Origin: Paraspadella gotoi
Lineage: Eukaryota; Animalia; Chaetognatha
Length of the DNA: 64,000 nucleotides
Assembly (NCBI GenBank): GCA_051294375.1
Contig: CM119270.1
Coordinates: 10,776,036 to 10,840,035, forward strand
Reading direction: 5' to 3'
In this document: positions 12,430-27,038 of the stretch, piece by piece
Layout: every line of letters begins with the position of its first letter
How positions within the stretch are numbered: position 1 is the stretch's first letter
Notes under the pieces: model-generated
Database searches by the model: none
The model's input: the letters and a program-made list of their open reading frames with translations, nothing else
Told to the model about the DNA's origin: nothing
Made by a program: the position numbers and the translations under genes

Positions 12430-14890
12430 CTCGCCCTCATCACCCAAGCATCACACGTCCTCCCACGCGGCCGACGAAGAGAAAACGACAATGCCTGGTC
12501 ACAACGCGCAACGCTTCTCAAAACCCGACAACGGCCGACCGCGACGACGCCTTCCACGATCCGCCGGCGCGTCGACATCCGCGACGTCTCTCGAATGCAA
12601 ATAGAGAAAACTTTTTCAAATGGTCTTCGAGATCAACTCCAAACTCGCCGCAGGGTGACAGAAAGCAGCCTCCTTCAGCGGACGCAAGCACCGCTTCAAC
12701 GGGTTGCCCCCATCAGTGGAAAGATTTTTTGCCGCCCAGGCGACGCCGTTCCCGCCTGGCAAACCCTTACTTACCTCGCCCTCTCCAGGCGCGACAACCA
12801 GAAGAGGGAACCCAAAGCTCAGACTTTTGATTCCAGAACCACATTCGAAAGAGTGGCGTTAGACCACGCCGCCTGTGGATTTTGGCGCCACCGGCGTCAC
12901 CTGAAGCCGGCGGCAGAAGAAGGCGCTTATCCTCAGCGCCATCCCATCCTCCCGGCCACCGGCTGATCCCACATTGGTCTCCGCTATTGACGAATCTGAA
13001 GCTCACAAGAACTTGCGTCCTACACCGCAGAAAAATCTATGGTGAAGACGCCAACAGACGTGCCGCAAAGGCGCTGAAGATGACGTCCCTAAAAAGGCGT
13101 CACCCCCTCACACACCCTCTCGCGATCGACGCCGATTCTTGGAAGGTCTCCACCATGGACCATATTTTTCAAGGCCGCCATCTTGGCCGCCTCCCTCCCT
13201 CAAAAGCGTCAGGAACACGCCGTCTAGGAAGGATAAGAAGCTCCGCCGACATCGCAAAGAGCCGGACGAATTCTTCCTTCCTCAGCGCCAGCTCGCACTC
13301 CGACCGCCACTTTCACCTTCGGGTGAACGCCATTCACCACCAGTGAGGTCACAGTGGACGAGCCACTGGAGCTTCAGATGAAATTGCAAGCAACGACGGA
13401 CAACGGCGCCATCTCTTACGCAAATGCAGTGCGCCGACCCCCGCGCGCTCAACACAGCGCCCCTCACGCAGGCAGGCCCCATCACAACAGCCGCTCAACG
13501 CAGCAGTCAAGATGCAGCAGCAACGGCGCCCAGTACTTGACGCCCCGCTCCCCGCCACACCGCGAAACCGCCCTATGAGAGAGCCATGTGCCTTTCTACC
13601 ATTACCAATTTCGGCAGCCAATGCCAATTCAAGTGCACGGGACTAATCGTGACGGCCGCCAATGGCCAATGGCGCCGTCAAACTGCCAACGCGGCGGCCG
13701 CCTAGTCGCCCGCGTCGCTGGCCGAAACGACTCGAAGCTTTCTTAGTGCGCGACCCTGACGCTGGCCTGGAGTAGGGCTTCGTCGATGGCGGCTCAGATC
13801 GACGCTTCATCCCCGCCTCTTCCGCCGACCGCGCCGCCGCCAAGGCGGACCCAGCCGCCAGTCAAAGCGGCGCTCGCCGCCGCTAATGCCCCGCCCACTC
13901 CGCGCCGGCCACGAACACGCCCCATTGAAACTTTCGGCGTCCGAGAGATGGTGGGATTAGATTTGGGAAAACGCGTCTTTCCCTATCTCGGTCATCAATC
14001 GCCGACGTCGCACGCCCTATTCTCGGGCGCCGATTTTTAGCAATGGAGCACCATCTCGGCGTTTGATCAATCAACGCCGAATTCTACTCGATCTCGACAC
14101 TACAGCGTCTCACTGGGCCATGCCACGACGCGGCCGCCGCGCCACCCCGCGTCCTGCACGTCCCGCGGACGCCTACTCCGCGACTTCTCGACGGGCGACC
14201 AGAACTCACGGAACTTGTCTTCCAACTCGGCGCCGCCCAAGCACGGTGTCGAGCATCACATACCGACCAAAAGGGCCCGCCCGTTTTTCGCCCGCGGCTC
14301 GCCGCCTCGCCCCGATCAACCGACCGCCGCCAGGCCGAGTTCGAGAAGGATGCTGGAATCGGGATTATCCGACGCTCAACGTCCGCTGGGCGGTCGCCGC
14401 TACACGTCACCCGGAAACCTGACGGCTCTCTTCGTCCCTGTGGAGTGCACATATTCGACGCCTCAACGGCCGTCACCGTCGAATGACCGTAACCCGATTC
14501 CGCCCATCCCCTAATTGGATTTCAACGCCGACGTCGCGGAAGACGGTTTGTTCTCGAGATCGACCTCTGCAAGGATATCATCAGATCCCTGTCGCGAAAG
14601 AAGATCGCCCCAAAACCGGCGATTCAATCACGCCCATTCGGACTCTATGAGTTCCTCTTCATGCCGTTTGGGTTGAAAAAAACGCCGGCCAGGACTTCCA
14701 ACGCCAATGATGGACCAAGCTCCTGAGCCGGCATTCCCCAACGTCTTCGTCTACTTAGATGACCTCCTTTGTTGGCATCTTCACTCACACGAAGAGCATC
14801 AAAGAGGTCTTCAAGCGCCGTCTTCAACGCCGCTCGCGACAACGGCCTTATGCACCGCTGCTAAATGCGTTTTCGGCGGGCCTGACTGAG
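12430..14890 (+). mobile_element. Decayed or error-rich Ty3/Gypsy LTR retrotransposon internal region (gag, aspartic protease, RT), probably CsRn1 clade
   Basis: Frameshifted motifs in the expected order: gag FYHYQF...KC (CHCC-type knuckle) ~13590-13645; protease FVDGGSD ~13780 and ADVARP(IL)GADF ~14000-14040; KHGVEHHIPTK ~14240; EIDLCKGYHQIPV ~14555-14595; YEFLFMPFGLK ~14645-14680; FPNVFVYLDDLL with YLDD at 14752-14763. No LTRs, RNase H or integrase recognised. Confidence 0.9.
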
Positions 14891-15959
14891 AGATTCCCGC
14901 GACGCGGAGAAGGACAGACCTGGAAGTGATTTTTCCTGGCACTGGGCGAGAAAGGTTGCACGCGATCCGGAGGAGGGGGAATGGCACCACCAAGGAAAAG
15001 CACTCACCCGCCAACGCGAGTGGACGCTGTACTTAATGTTGCGACAAAAAGAGATATTATGGAGCACGTTGGTCACCGCCTCCGCTTTCTATTGAAGGTA
15101 GTAGAGTTGGGTGGTTTGTAGAGGCATTACTGCGATTGGTATGCGCCACGTACCCTACTAAGTCTTGTCTGTCAAAGAAACTAATGTTTGCTTGGGCTGT
15201 TTTCATACGTGTATTATGTGGTGATCTGGTGTTGGATGGGGAACAAAAACGAAGACACGAAAAGGACCTGGATGTTATGAGTATGAGTGTGCCCACTGAC
15301 ATGCCCCTGCGATCCAGAAGCGCCTCGACATCAGTCGTGCGATTGACCCTCTACCTGTCGAAGTTTCTACCGCGGAAAAACCTGTTGAAGTCGCACACTT
15401 AATAGAGATGGTGGCGCGCGCCGCGCAAGACGCCGCCTCCAGCGGAATCTAAAGGTAACAGCCCCGGTCGCCGATGGCTTCTCCACAATGCTAGGTCCCA
15501 CCCGAGATCGATGGCCGGTGGCTGCGCTCCTCTCGCCGCGCTGACCGTCGACGGGCCTCCGACGCGCCGTCGGCGCCGCCCGGGTTTTCGAACAGCTCGT
15601 TCGAAGGCCAGGGCAAACCCTGGGTTCCATCTCCAACCATTGAAGCCCAACCAGCCGAAAATATGAGCCGCCATTCGGACTAGATAGAGAGCCTTCTGCG
15701 CCGCCCGGCTCACTGCCCACGATCCGGTGTCTAGCCAGTTGCACGCCCCAGAATAATGTAATGAAAAGAGACGCAAGCGCCTCTTACACGCTTTTCAGCG
15801 ACCAGCATCTCGTGTGCCGAGCGTGCGGGAGTGAAAAGGTGTCAGCAGAACCTCATCACCTTTATGAGGCAGACGTTACCACGTGTGCGTGGGGACGGCG
15901 GTAGCCCGCGGACAACAGAAGGGGGCTAGCCGGAAAAAAAAAGAAAGAAAAAAAAAAGG

Positions 15960-18900
15960 AGACAATCGAGATGTTTTCCTGACAACTCACCACCGGGAAC
16001 GACCATCCGTCAATCAATGCACGCAAGCTTGAAAAAAACAAAAGAACGAAAACAAAAAATTTATCAAAACAAATGACCGAAAAGCGGTACGGCATATATC
16101 CGTCTCCGACCACGACAGAGACATGGCACGCGTCGTTTCGGAGATGAATAAAAGGGAAATTCGTTTCCACGTTCTACTCGAATTAAAAAACAATGCCTAT
16201 ACGTGCGCCGACGCCCCTCCTCCGCCCGCCAGCTTCCTCCGCCAGCGCCCCCCCCGTCACGTCGACACTCCAGGACAGGAATGGTTCGTCCGACCTGTGA
16301 ATTGCGAACTCGATCGGTATTGGAATAAAAAGGGAAATACGTCCTCCACGTCTTCTACGCTCGAGATTAAAAACAAATAAGGGAGGCGAAAAAAATGACT
16401 TGTCATTGTCTTCGTCCGCAGTGAGGGCGTGATGTCAAACTTGTTGTTTTTTACTTCAAATATCCAAAAAAGTCCTGTAACCGATTGAGGACGGGGGATG
16501 ACTTTGAGAGATTGAGCTCAAAAACCGACATAACTAAATATCCTTTTTGATAGTCTCTCCAAATTATGACTCAGAGAGAAGAACAAAGACCCGACGAAAA
16601 CAAGAAAGAAATAACCCAGTAAACTGATGGCCGAGAGATGCGGATCGTCATGGAGACATCTAAGTAAGAGCGCACAGTCCGGGTCAAAAATCCGACCTTT
16701 CAATTTCGGCTAAGAGGATAAAAATACAAAGGAAACTGAGACAGAGTCAACCGGCGCATTAAATTATTTCCAGCCCCACACGCCCGACCTCCAAGTCAAA
16801 CTTCGACCTTAATAAGCATGACACCTTTATTTTTTTACAAATGATTCCTGCATTAAATACAAATGGATCGATAATTTAAGCTGGCTTCCAACATTTTCGT
16901 CATTCCTGTATCTTCCTGATATGCTCGGCATTCGGTATTTAAGTTAATGACCTGATCTATCGTCTATCATGCTGCCATCACGCTTCAAGCTATTTAGTGG
17001 CTAGTTACTCTCTTTCCCCTTTTTGCCGTATTCATCTCGACTAAACCCTCATTTCTTCATTCCGCCCCTTCCTCTCTTCTCTCCTTCCTCATCCGCTTTG
17101 CCAACACTTCGGGCAGTCGCGTCGATCGAAGTCGAACGGTTCCTCTTTGTTTCAAAACTGAACGAAATGAATCATGTACCTATCCTCGTAAAAATTCAGA
17201 CGATTTTTTTCTCTCCTGTTTCACAAGAAATCAGCCAACAGTTCGCAAAAGGACGACATCAATTGTAAGGAATGTTCTACCGGAGGCGCTCCGGGCGTGG
17301 TCCGATGACATTCGGGACACAGCTTGCGTTCGCAGCGTCATGGGACGAGACGATGAGAGGCCGTGCGCGTTTTTTTTGATGGCACCCATGGGCAGAGTCG
17401 GCTAACACCCGGGAGGGAGAGGATGAGAGGGAGTGATGCAGCGCATACGCAGAAGCAAAGTCTTTGCAATTGGTGATTACGCGACAGTCTCGGCTTTCGA
17501 TTTAGGTGATGGAGCGGCAAAACCGGGTCAGCCTCATCCTTTTCCGAGCGACTTTTGACTGAACTGGAGAACGCGATTGGGAGGAGGACAAGAGAAGCGT
17601 GAGGATGCGGACGGACTGATAGTCGAGCGAGCACTGCGAACAGACCACAGTACGCGCATGAGTAAGACACGCAGCTGCTCACATTTAGGTTTTTCACGCT
17701 CGTCCATTACTACATGACTCATATTAGCTTTACTGTCACTCGGTTCTCGCACATACCTATTCGATCTAGACTGGTTCGCATCACGTGTCATCAGCTCGTA
17801 ATTTACTGTTAGTGGCGGTTGTCGGCGTGCCACTGCGTGACCAACCTGAGCGTCACACTCATGATACCTGTCTTCCCGATGTGGATTTTGATTGGACCGT
17901 TTGCTCGCGGACGCTGGCGCAGCGGCACGCTTCGAGACTGTCTCGCGCCGTCGATACCGTCGCGCCGTGCGGGAAATAAAAATGTATATACGTCAAGGAA
18001 TTTCGGCTGTGCAGTTTTGCGCAGATCTGTATTCTTTGGAACAAAAAAATCATGTCTTCAGCCCTTCGCTAAGCAGTCTTTATCTACGATTTTTGCGAAA
18101 CCATCTTTTTTTTCTTATCATTTTATTATTTTCTTTTATTTTATGCAAAAATTAAATTCTGCTGGAATGACGTTTGGACAGAGTCAAAATAACCTTTGGT
18201 CTCTCAATCAGAAAATAATGCTTACGCGCCCCGAGTTCTATTATTTAGTCGAACTTGATTCTGCGCCTATCATTTCTAGCCGAATCATAAATTTGCATGT
18301 AATTTGGTCAAGCAAAACTGTCAAGTAGCGAAGGGCAATGGCTGTTTGGTTATACAATGGTCAGACAAAGACAATTCAATGCCAATCTTTTTTTTTTTCG
18401 TTTTATTTTTCTTAGCGTCAAATAGTAGCTAGTTAGAAATCAACTCTTTGACTGGAGACAAATCTGCCCGTCATTCTCTATTGACACCCCAGTAAACTGA
18501 ATGAATGAATAGAGTGAAGACAATGAATGAATGAATGAATGAAATGAAATGTCAGAGCGCCCATGGTTCATCTGGACTGAGCTAAAGCGGCGCTCTCGCG
18601 CCCGCTGCTCAATGAGACTGCATTGACGATGACCGGAACTCTGAACATGGGAGACTGGCACATGAGTTTGCCATGGATCTTCTGCAGTCTCCGCCGCAAC
18701 TCCACGAGAAGATTCGTACATTTCTCCCGCACGAATTAACGCTTGGGTGAGACGCTGACGCTCCTTCGGCGAAGCTACTTCCATGAGGGTGACCCGAATC
18801 AAGACCGACGTCGACACTGCCGATGCACGTGTACATTAATGATATAATGAAATCTCGCTTCTTTATTTTCAGACTTACTTTTTGGCCTGAATACCTTCGA

Positions 18901-19050
18901 TGACGACCCCCGCGCAGACGTTGAACCCCCCTCTTGCTCTCATGTCCCACCTGCCCGCTGAGCGCACGCACGACCCGCCTTTGGCGAGTGCGATGGCTCT
19001 CGCGCGTATTTGGCGGATGACTCGGAGATTGTGTGTCGTCCGTGCGAAAG
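15960..19050. repeat. Very noisy, insertion-rich fifth copy of block ~4450-6240
   Basis: Collinear anchors (aaaaatgact...gatgtcaaacttg, attcagacgattttttt, gcaaaactgtcaag, ttttcagacttactttt) separated by random-looking insertions, like an uncorrected long read. Confidence 0.8.
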
Positions 19051-19095
19051 GACGCTTCGGCTGATGCCTAACCGCGTTCTTACGTCCGACGGACG

Positions 19096-19826
19096 ATTGA
19101 CAGCTCTCTAGCGAATAACTTTGTTAAAATTGTAGGATTACGACCTAAAAATGAAATTAAAGAAACGACAACGACAACGAAAACGACAACGACATCAACG
19201 ATTACCAGACAACCATTGTCTATCGAGAGTCTTTCCCCTTCAAACATTTTCCGTCGTCTCTTCGCTCGTTTTTCGCTTTTGAATTTTGACCCTCGATTCT
19301 CCGCGCGAACGTTTGGTTGCCACCGGAAACGACGCCTGAAAGGGGGGCGGCGTCGGCCGTCGAGGCAGAGGGGGCGCTGCTAAGAAAAACGGCGCCGATA
19401 TCGTGGAAGCGAAATAAACGAGGCGCCGACGATCGATGGCGACGTCGGGGGAAGCGGAGTGGCAATGACAAAGAGAACTGACACCGACGATGGGGATGAC
19501 AAAGGGAAAAGACGACGACGATGATTACAACGAAATTAAAGGGAGAGGATGTTTAACTGAGATAAAAAGAAATGATGACGACGACAACGAAGACGACGAC
19601 ACCAAACATGACAACAACATTATATGCCGACGTCAATATTGAGATAAAGCGAAAGCGACGATGTCTTCATGACTACAAAAACCACAGCGTTGAAAACTAC
19701 AACAAAAATAACAACAACAACAATTTTTAATAAATGGTATTCGGCGCCGCGAGTTTTAGGGACGAACATTTAGACGAAGAGAAATGAAATAAAGTGGTAT
19801 GTCGACTCGTCTCTCCTCTCTTTTCT

Positions 19827-19868
<42 letters not shown>

Positions 19869-20596
19869 CTCTCTCTTCCTCTCTCTCTTCTCTCCTCTCT
19901 CTCTCTCCTCTCTCTCCTCTCCTCTCTCATCGTCTTTCCTCAGACTTAAACTTGACACAGTCAGCAAATTCGGTAATTGAGTTCAATCTTTTCTTTGTTT
20001 TTTTCTTTTTTTTTTCGCTGCCGAATAGAATCGAATCTGTTGCAGCGAGAATCAAAAAGTTTCTTTCTCACTCGCAATTTTCTTTTCTTATTTCGCTTCG
20101 CGGAATAGATGATGGCTTTGAGTTTGATGCTGACGAGGATGATGCTGACGAGGATGATGCTGACGATGATGAGGTTCCTGTTTTTTTCATTTATTATGAG
20201 GAGTTCAAATATGTCACAGCTTTTTCAATTTCTTTTTTCTCTCTCATCTCCTTATCTTGGAAAGAATTCTATAAAATTTTCTTTTAATTTTTTGGCAAAA
20301 TGTAAAAGATATGAGCGACGTAACGAGCGGAATTACGGCGACCAATCATAGTCCGGTGAAACTTACGACGACCAATCATCGCCCGGCGAAAGTAAAACGT
20401 AAACAAACGAAGTGAAACACCTCGCCAACTACGTTAACGACGGAGGACAACAACGACGAAACTTGCAAGCTGAGCTGTAAAAATACAACCAGCAACCGCA
20501 AGTTTAGCCATAAAAAATGTGTACTACCGTAAAATTCAGCGCTCGCTCGCAGCCAGGTTTTTTTGAAAGCTTCTTTTCTCGCTGACCCTGGTTTTC

Positions 20597-20675
<79 letters not shown>

Positions 20676-20834
20676 CTTCCCCCACCCCACGAGTTTCAAA
20701 CTATTGTGCGTGTCGTCGTCATTGGTTACTTTGAATTTCATGGCTCCGGTCGGTAATGGGGAGGGCCATTAGGTCTTAAAAGGGGGAAGATGAAAAACTG
20801 AGGAGGTTGATTGAAAAACATTCTTTTGTGAGGC

Positions 20835-20883
<49 letters not shown>

Positions 20884-22714
20884 GGGCGATGAACCCACTT
20901 ATGTCCGCCCGCAACAAGTTGTATCATCGGAATTTCCTTTTTTTAAAAATTGATTCTTTGTTGTGATGTAAATCGAAAAGCGAGTGAAATTCTCTTCAAC
21001 GCTTGGTGACTGTTGAAAATTTTGGAAGCTGCTCGTAAAACGTCGGAACATTGTACAACAATAAAGTACAAAATAGTACAAACGTTTTTTGAACAAGTTA
21101 AAAACACAAACGGTCCGTTTTCCTTTCAACAAATATGACCTAAATGGAAATGCGTTTAAATGTGGCTTCGGTCCCAAAGTCTCACACTTTTTCTCCGACT
21201 TTGTCGTCGCTTGGCTTTTGGCTCTCGTCCCGAAACGAAATTTATCTTGGTCTTCGCGCAACTGAAAAAAAAATCCTTTTCTAGAGGAATTTCACTGAAG
21301 GGGATTTTTTTAATTTTTATCTTATAAAAAAAGGTTTTTATTCACGCGAGATGCGTTTATGTTATTGGAGCCAAGAGTCAAGTAGATTGGGACTGAAAGC
21401 GAATAACAATAACAATTAACAAATAACAATAACAAAACAAAAACAATACTTTGAGATGCAGTATTCAATAACATGGCAAGCACGAATTGACAGACCAGAC
21501 ACAGAGTGACATAATGTAAACGACAGTAATGAAAGACAAAGCTAAGTCTTCGGTCCTTTTCTCGAATTCCGAGAAATATCACTCGGCGGCGGAGGAAATT
21601 GACTGATCGCGGAAGAAGAAAGAAAAAGATGAACAACATCAACAGAAATACGGATGGCAGGTAATACCGGATGGAAACTAGAAACAACAAGTATAGAGAA
21701 TAACAAGAAAACAAGATAAAACAATAAACTAATAACAATAACATTACAATAACAATAACAAGAAACAAACTTGAAGAATGGCAGTATTCAATAACATTGC
21801 AATCACACTTACAGACCAGACACCAGAGTACATAATAGTAAAACGAAGTAATGAAAGACAAAAGCTAAGTTTGCCAGCTAAGATATACAATCAATGAGAC
21901 GAAAAATAAGGAAAATAGTATAATTTGCGAATCACATTTAAATTGGACAGCTCTCTAGCGAAAACTTTTGTTTAACAATGTGAGGATACGACCTAAAAAA
22001 AATGAAGAATAAAGGAAAACGAAACGACACGAAAACGACAACCGACCATCAACGATATACCAGGACAACCATCTGTTTCTATCGAGAGTCTTTCCCTTCA
22101 AAATTTTCCGTCGTTTTGCTTCCGTTTTCGCTTTTGTGAATTTTGACCCTCGATTCTCCGCGCGAACGTGTGTTGCCACCGGAAACGACGCTAAAGGGGC
22201 GGTAGCGTCGGCCGTCGATCGCCCAGAGGGCGCTGCTAAGAAAAACGCGCCGAATATTCGTGGAAGCGAAAAAAAGCGAGGCTGCCGGCACGATCGACTG
22301 GCACGACGCCTCGGGGGGGGTGAGCGGAGTGGCAATTGACAAAGAGAATCTGACACCGGACGATGGGGATAAAAGGGAAAAACGACCGACGATGATTACA
22401 ACGAAATTAAAGGGAGAGGATGTTTTAACTGAATAAAAAAAATGATACGACGACAACGAAAGACTGACGGACACACAAACGATGACAACAACATTATATG
22501 CGACGACCGTCCAAATTGAGATAAGCGAAACGACGATGTCCTTCATGACCTAGCACAAAACCACAGCGTTTGAAAACTACAACAAAAAATACAACAACAA
22601 CAATTGTTAAATAAATGGATTCGGCGCCGCGAAGTTTTAGGACGAAATTTAGACGAAGGAGATAATGAAATAAAGTGGTATGGTCGACTCGTCTTCCTCT
22701 CTCTCTCTCTCTCT

Positions 22715-22768
<54 letters not shown>

Positions 22769-24315
22769 CTCCCTCCTCTCCCTCTCTCCTCTCTCATTCT
22801 CCCCTCTCATCGTCTTTCCTCAGACTTGAAACTTGACACAGTCAGCAAATTTCGTTAATTGAGTTTCAAATTCTTTTCTTTGTTTTTTCTTTTTTTTTCG
22901 CTGCCGAATAGAATCGAATACTGTGCAGCGAAATCCAAAAAGTTTCTTTCTCATCTCGTCAATTTTCTTTCTCTTAAATTTCGCTTCGCGTATATAGATT
23001 GATGGCTTTGAGTTCTGATGCTGACGAGGATGATGCTGACGAGGTGGACGATGATGAGGTTCCTGTTTTTTTTCATTTAATTTAATGAGGATTCAAAAAT
23101 GTTCAACGAGTCTTTTTCAATTCTTTTTCTCTTCTCATCTCCTTATTCTTGGAAGAATTCGTATAAAAATTTTTCTTTTAATTTTTTTGGCAAAAATGTA
23201 AAAGTATGAGACGACTCGTAACGAGCGGAAATTACGGCGACCAATCATAGTCGGTGAAACTTACGACGACCAATCATCGCCCGGCTGAAAAGTAAAACGT
23301 AAACAAACGAAGCGTGAAAACACCTCGCCAACTACGTTTAACGACGGAGGACAACAAACGACGAAACTTGCAAGCTGAGCTGTAAAAATACAACCAGCAC
23401 CGCAAGTTTAGCCATTAAAAAATGCTTTACTTACCGTAAAATTCAGCGCGCTCGCTCGCAGCCAGGTTTTTTTGAAAGCTTCTTTTCTCCCTGGCTTCGA
23501 CCCTTGCTTCTTCTCCTGTCTCTCTTCTCTACTCTTCTCTCTCTCTCTCTCTCTCTCTTCTTCTCTCTCTACTTCTTCCCCCACCCACGAGTTTCAAACT
23601 ATTGTTGCGTGTCGTCGTCATTGGTATTATTGAATTTCATGCTCCGGTCGGTAATGGCGGGGCCATTAGGTCTAAAAGGGGGAAGATGAAAAAACTGGAG
23701 GAGGTTGATTGAAAAACATTCTTTTGTAGGCAGACCAGAGAGAGAGAAGAGTGAGAGGAGACGAGAGAGAGGAGAGAGAGACGGGCCGATGAACCCACTT
23801 ATGTCCGGCCCGCAACAAGTTGTATTCATCGAATTTCCTTTTTTTTAAAAATATGATTCTTTGTTGTGATGGTAAATCGAAAAAGCTACGTGAAATTTCT
23901 CTTTCAAACGCTTGGATGACTGTGAAAATTTTTGGAAGCTGCTCGTAAAACGTCGGAACATTGTACAACAATAAAAGTACAAAAATAGTACAAAACGTTT
24001 TTTTGAACAAGTTTTAAAAACACAAACGGTCCGTTTTCCTTTCAACATATGACCTAAACTGGAAATGCGTTTAAATGTGGCTTCGTCCCAAAGTCTCCAC
24101 ACTTTTTCTCCGACTTTGTCGATCGCTTGGCTTTAGTGGCTCTCGTCCCGAAACGAAACTTTATCTTTGGTTTCGCGCAACTGAAAAAAAAAAATCCTTT
24201 TCTAGAGGAATTTCACTAAGGTATTTTTTTAATTTTTATCTTATAAAAAAGGTTTTTATTCACGCGAGATGCCGTTTATGTTATTGGAGCCAGAGTCAAG
24301 TAGATTGGGACTGAA
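19096..24315. repeat. Direct tandem duplication, unit ~2.85 kb (19096-21941; second copy 21942-24315, truncated)
   Basis: Both copies start att(g)gacagctctctagcgaa and are collinear to gtagattgggactgaa; differences are mostly single-base indels. Confidence 0.92.
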
Positions 24316-24347
24316 CAAAGAGAAAGGCTGGAGAAGAGAAGAGAGAT

Positions 24348-24382
<35 letters not shown>

Positions 24383-24490
24383 GAGGGAGAGAAGAGAGAG
24401 AGAAAGAGAGAGAAAATAATGCGCTTTTCGATGTTTAAAAAATGACCCCCCCANNNNNNNNNNNNNNNNNNNNNNNNNAAAGAGAGATGG

Positions 24491-24522
<32 letters not shown>

Positions 24523-26665
24523 TGGGAGAGATCTCACCCCCAGCGAAATAAATTAACGTGGATCAAAACGGAATGAATCGATTTGATAGACTCACTTACG
24601 TACCCCCCTTTTCCGCCCCCAGCGTTTCATCTCTCAAAAATGTAAAAAAAATAGAAGAAAGAATTAAATGAAAAGCGAAAATTCGATCAGAGTGAAAAAT
24701 CCGTGAAGAAAGTCGAAGAAGGAAACAAAGTCGCCGCCGACATCTGCGTTTTCTCAACTCGCATTAATCTCGGCTTTCAATCATCACTGAACGGCGACGA
24801 CGATGAGGACGACGAACACCGCGACGACAACGACGACGTTGGCGACGACAACAACCTTCGATAGACGAAAGGAATTCAATTATAAGTTTGCATCTCGGGA
24901 GAGTTGACGGGCGTGAATTAGAAAGTTGATAGAGAATTTCTAATGTCACAAACACGGCATTCAATTGCGCAACATACGGGATGGGGGGAGATTTTTAATA
25001 CGTTTATCTAGGTAAAATTCTTTTTTTTTTCTAAAGTGAATGAAAAGGCTTTGTTTAAAAAAGTTATCGGAAAATATTACGGAATCATTATAATTCTATC
25101 CTTCGTAAAATCCAGATTTCAATTTCCGCAGCGAAAGTAAAGCCTTACAAGTCACTAACTTGTCATGAAGCAACAGTACAGAGTGTCTCAAGCGTAGTGT
25201 CACTTTACAAATACAGTGAATCAGTACAATTTGATTTGAGAGTATTTAATTGGTTCAAAATGAAAGAATGTAGCGGATATGCAGATGGTTTGATACAACC
25301 AATTCCATTAGCAAAGCATATAACTTGCAATAAAAACAACTCTATGAGTAAGAAATTCTCATTTATAAAGAGACAGTACGCTTGAGACACTGTAGAAACT
25401 ACAAATAATATCAAGTATTGATTATATATGAAATTGGTACAACCAATATAAAAATTATCCATTATATATATATATATATTATTAATGATTAATATTACCT
25501 AGTTCGAGTGACCTCTTTGAAAATGTGATTGGAGATAACGCGTTAATTCTAATCACACACTTTCCATGGAATTCAAGTTTCGTAAGCGAAATTTATTAAA
25601 AATAATATATATTTTTTTTCTCTCATGTTCAATCATATATCAATTTTTCTTGTCATTCGTTTTAATCAAAATTATTAATTTCTTCACAAAAAACGCCTAG
25701 ATTCTCATTTTCAGTTTTTTTTTCATTTGTGTAATATTTTTTGTCTGAGATCAAATGGAAATAACTTTTAGAGAGAAATTGTAAAACTACGTATTTGATT
25801 TGTTTCTAAGAACCCTTACAAAACATGAAAGAAAATCAATTTTTTATCAGTTTTTATTCTTTCGCGTTTCACACGTGTTTCTTCAATTCGTTTTGTGTTA
25901 CAAAGACAATAATTGAAAAAAAAAGAAAAAAGAAAAAATGAAATCGTTCATTTTATCTGATTCATTAGAAATACGAACTTTTACCTTTTTTTTCTTTTAT
26001 GCTTCACCTCCTTCTCTTCTCCTCCTTTCGATTTTCCATTTTTCTTTCTTTTCTTATCGATAATATTTTTTTCATTTCCGTCGAATCTTCCCACTTTTAA
26101 TAAAATGCGGCTTCTGCAGAAGCTCGATTCTCTAATACCGCTTCCTTTTTTAAAAGGCGCTTTGTATTGCCTTGCTGTACCTTGCTTTGCCTTGCATTGT
26201 ATGTTTTTCCCTCTCCTCTCCCGCCCTCACCATCCACTAAATCTGTAAGAAACAAGAGTGAATATTTAGATGAATTAAAAGTCATTTGTTGAGAGAAAAA
26301 GAGAATTTGAATGTGAGCTCATCTAGCTTACTGCCCAAAGCTTCTGATCATCTCTCATCCGCGATCAGCATCGACACAATTTCCCTCGATCCATTCAGAC
26401 TATGATTGGCCTTGGTTCGAACCAATCAGCGTCGAGATCATGACTTCACGAGGCGACCATGAGTTCGAGACGCAAACTCCCGGTCTCCGCTTCTGGCTTC
26501 CCCCCCCCCNNNNNNNNNNNNNNNNNNNNNNNNNNNNNNNNNNNNNNNNNNNNNNNNNNNNNNNNNNNNNNNNNNNNNNNNNNNNNNNNNNNNNNNNNNN
26601 NNNNNNNNNNNNNNNNNNNNNNNNNNNNNNNNNNNNNNNNNNNNNNNNNNNNNNNNNNNNNNNNN

Positions 26666-26699
<34 letters not shown>

Positions 26700-26991
26700 A
26701 AGACGCCGAAGATGCGATTCTCGCTTTTTTCTTCGTCGTCGTCGACGTCTTTGTCGTCGTCATTGTCGTCGTCGGCGTCATTGTCGTCTTCGTCCTTTTT
26801 TTTTTATCGACGTTTTTTATGCAGAAAATCGTGAGTGAAAGGAAAGAGATAAGAAGGAATAAAAGGATGAATAAAAGAAGAAGCGCGAGATAGAAAAAAA
26901 GGGGGAAAAGAAAGGAACAGTAAGAGGGAAAAAAAAGGAGAGAGAGAGAGAGAAGGAGAGAAGAGGATGAGAGGAGAGAGAGAAGAGGCGA

Positions 26992-27038
<47 letters not shown>

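Noticed and set aside
6165-19050. Exon A triplication as alternative exons or a natural antisense hairpin
   Set aside because: Extra copies are inverted, indel-ridden and tied to 25-N gaps or raw-read-like sequence; most likely artefacts.
26403-26428. Inverted CCAAT pair tgattgg...ccaatca as a promoter
   Set aside because: Short motif next to a gap with no linked gene start.
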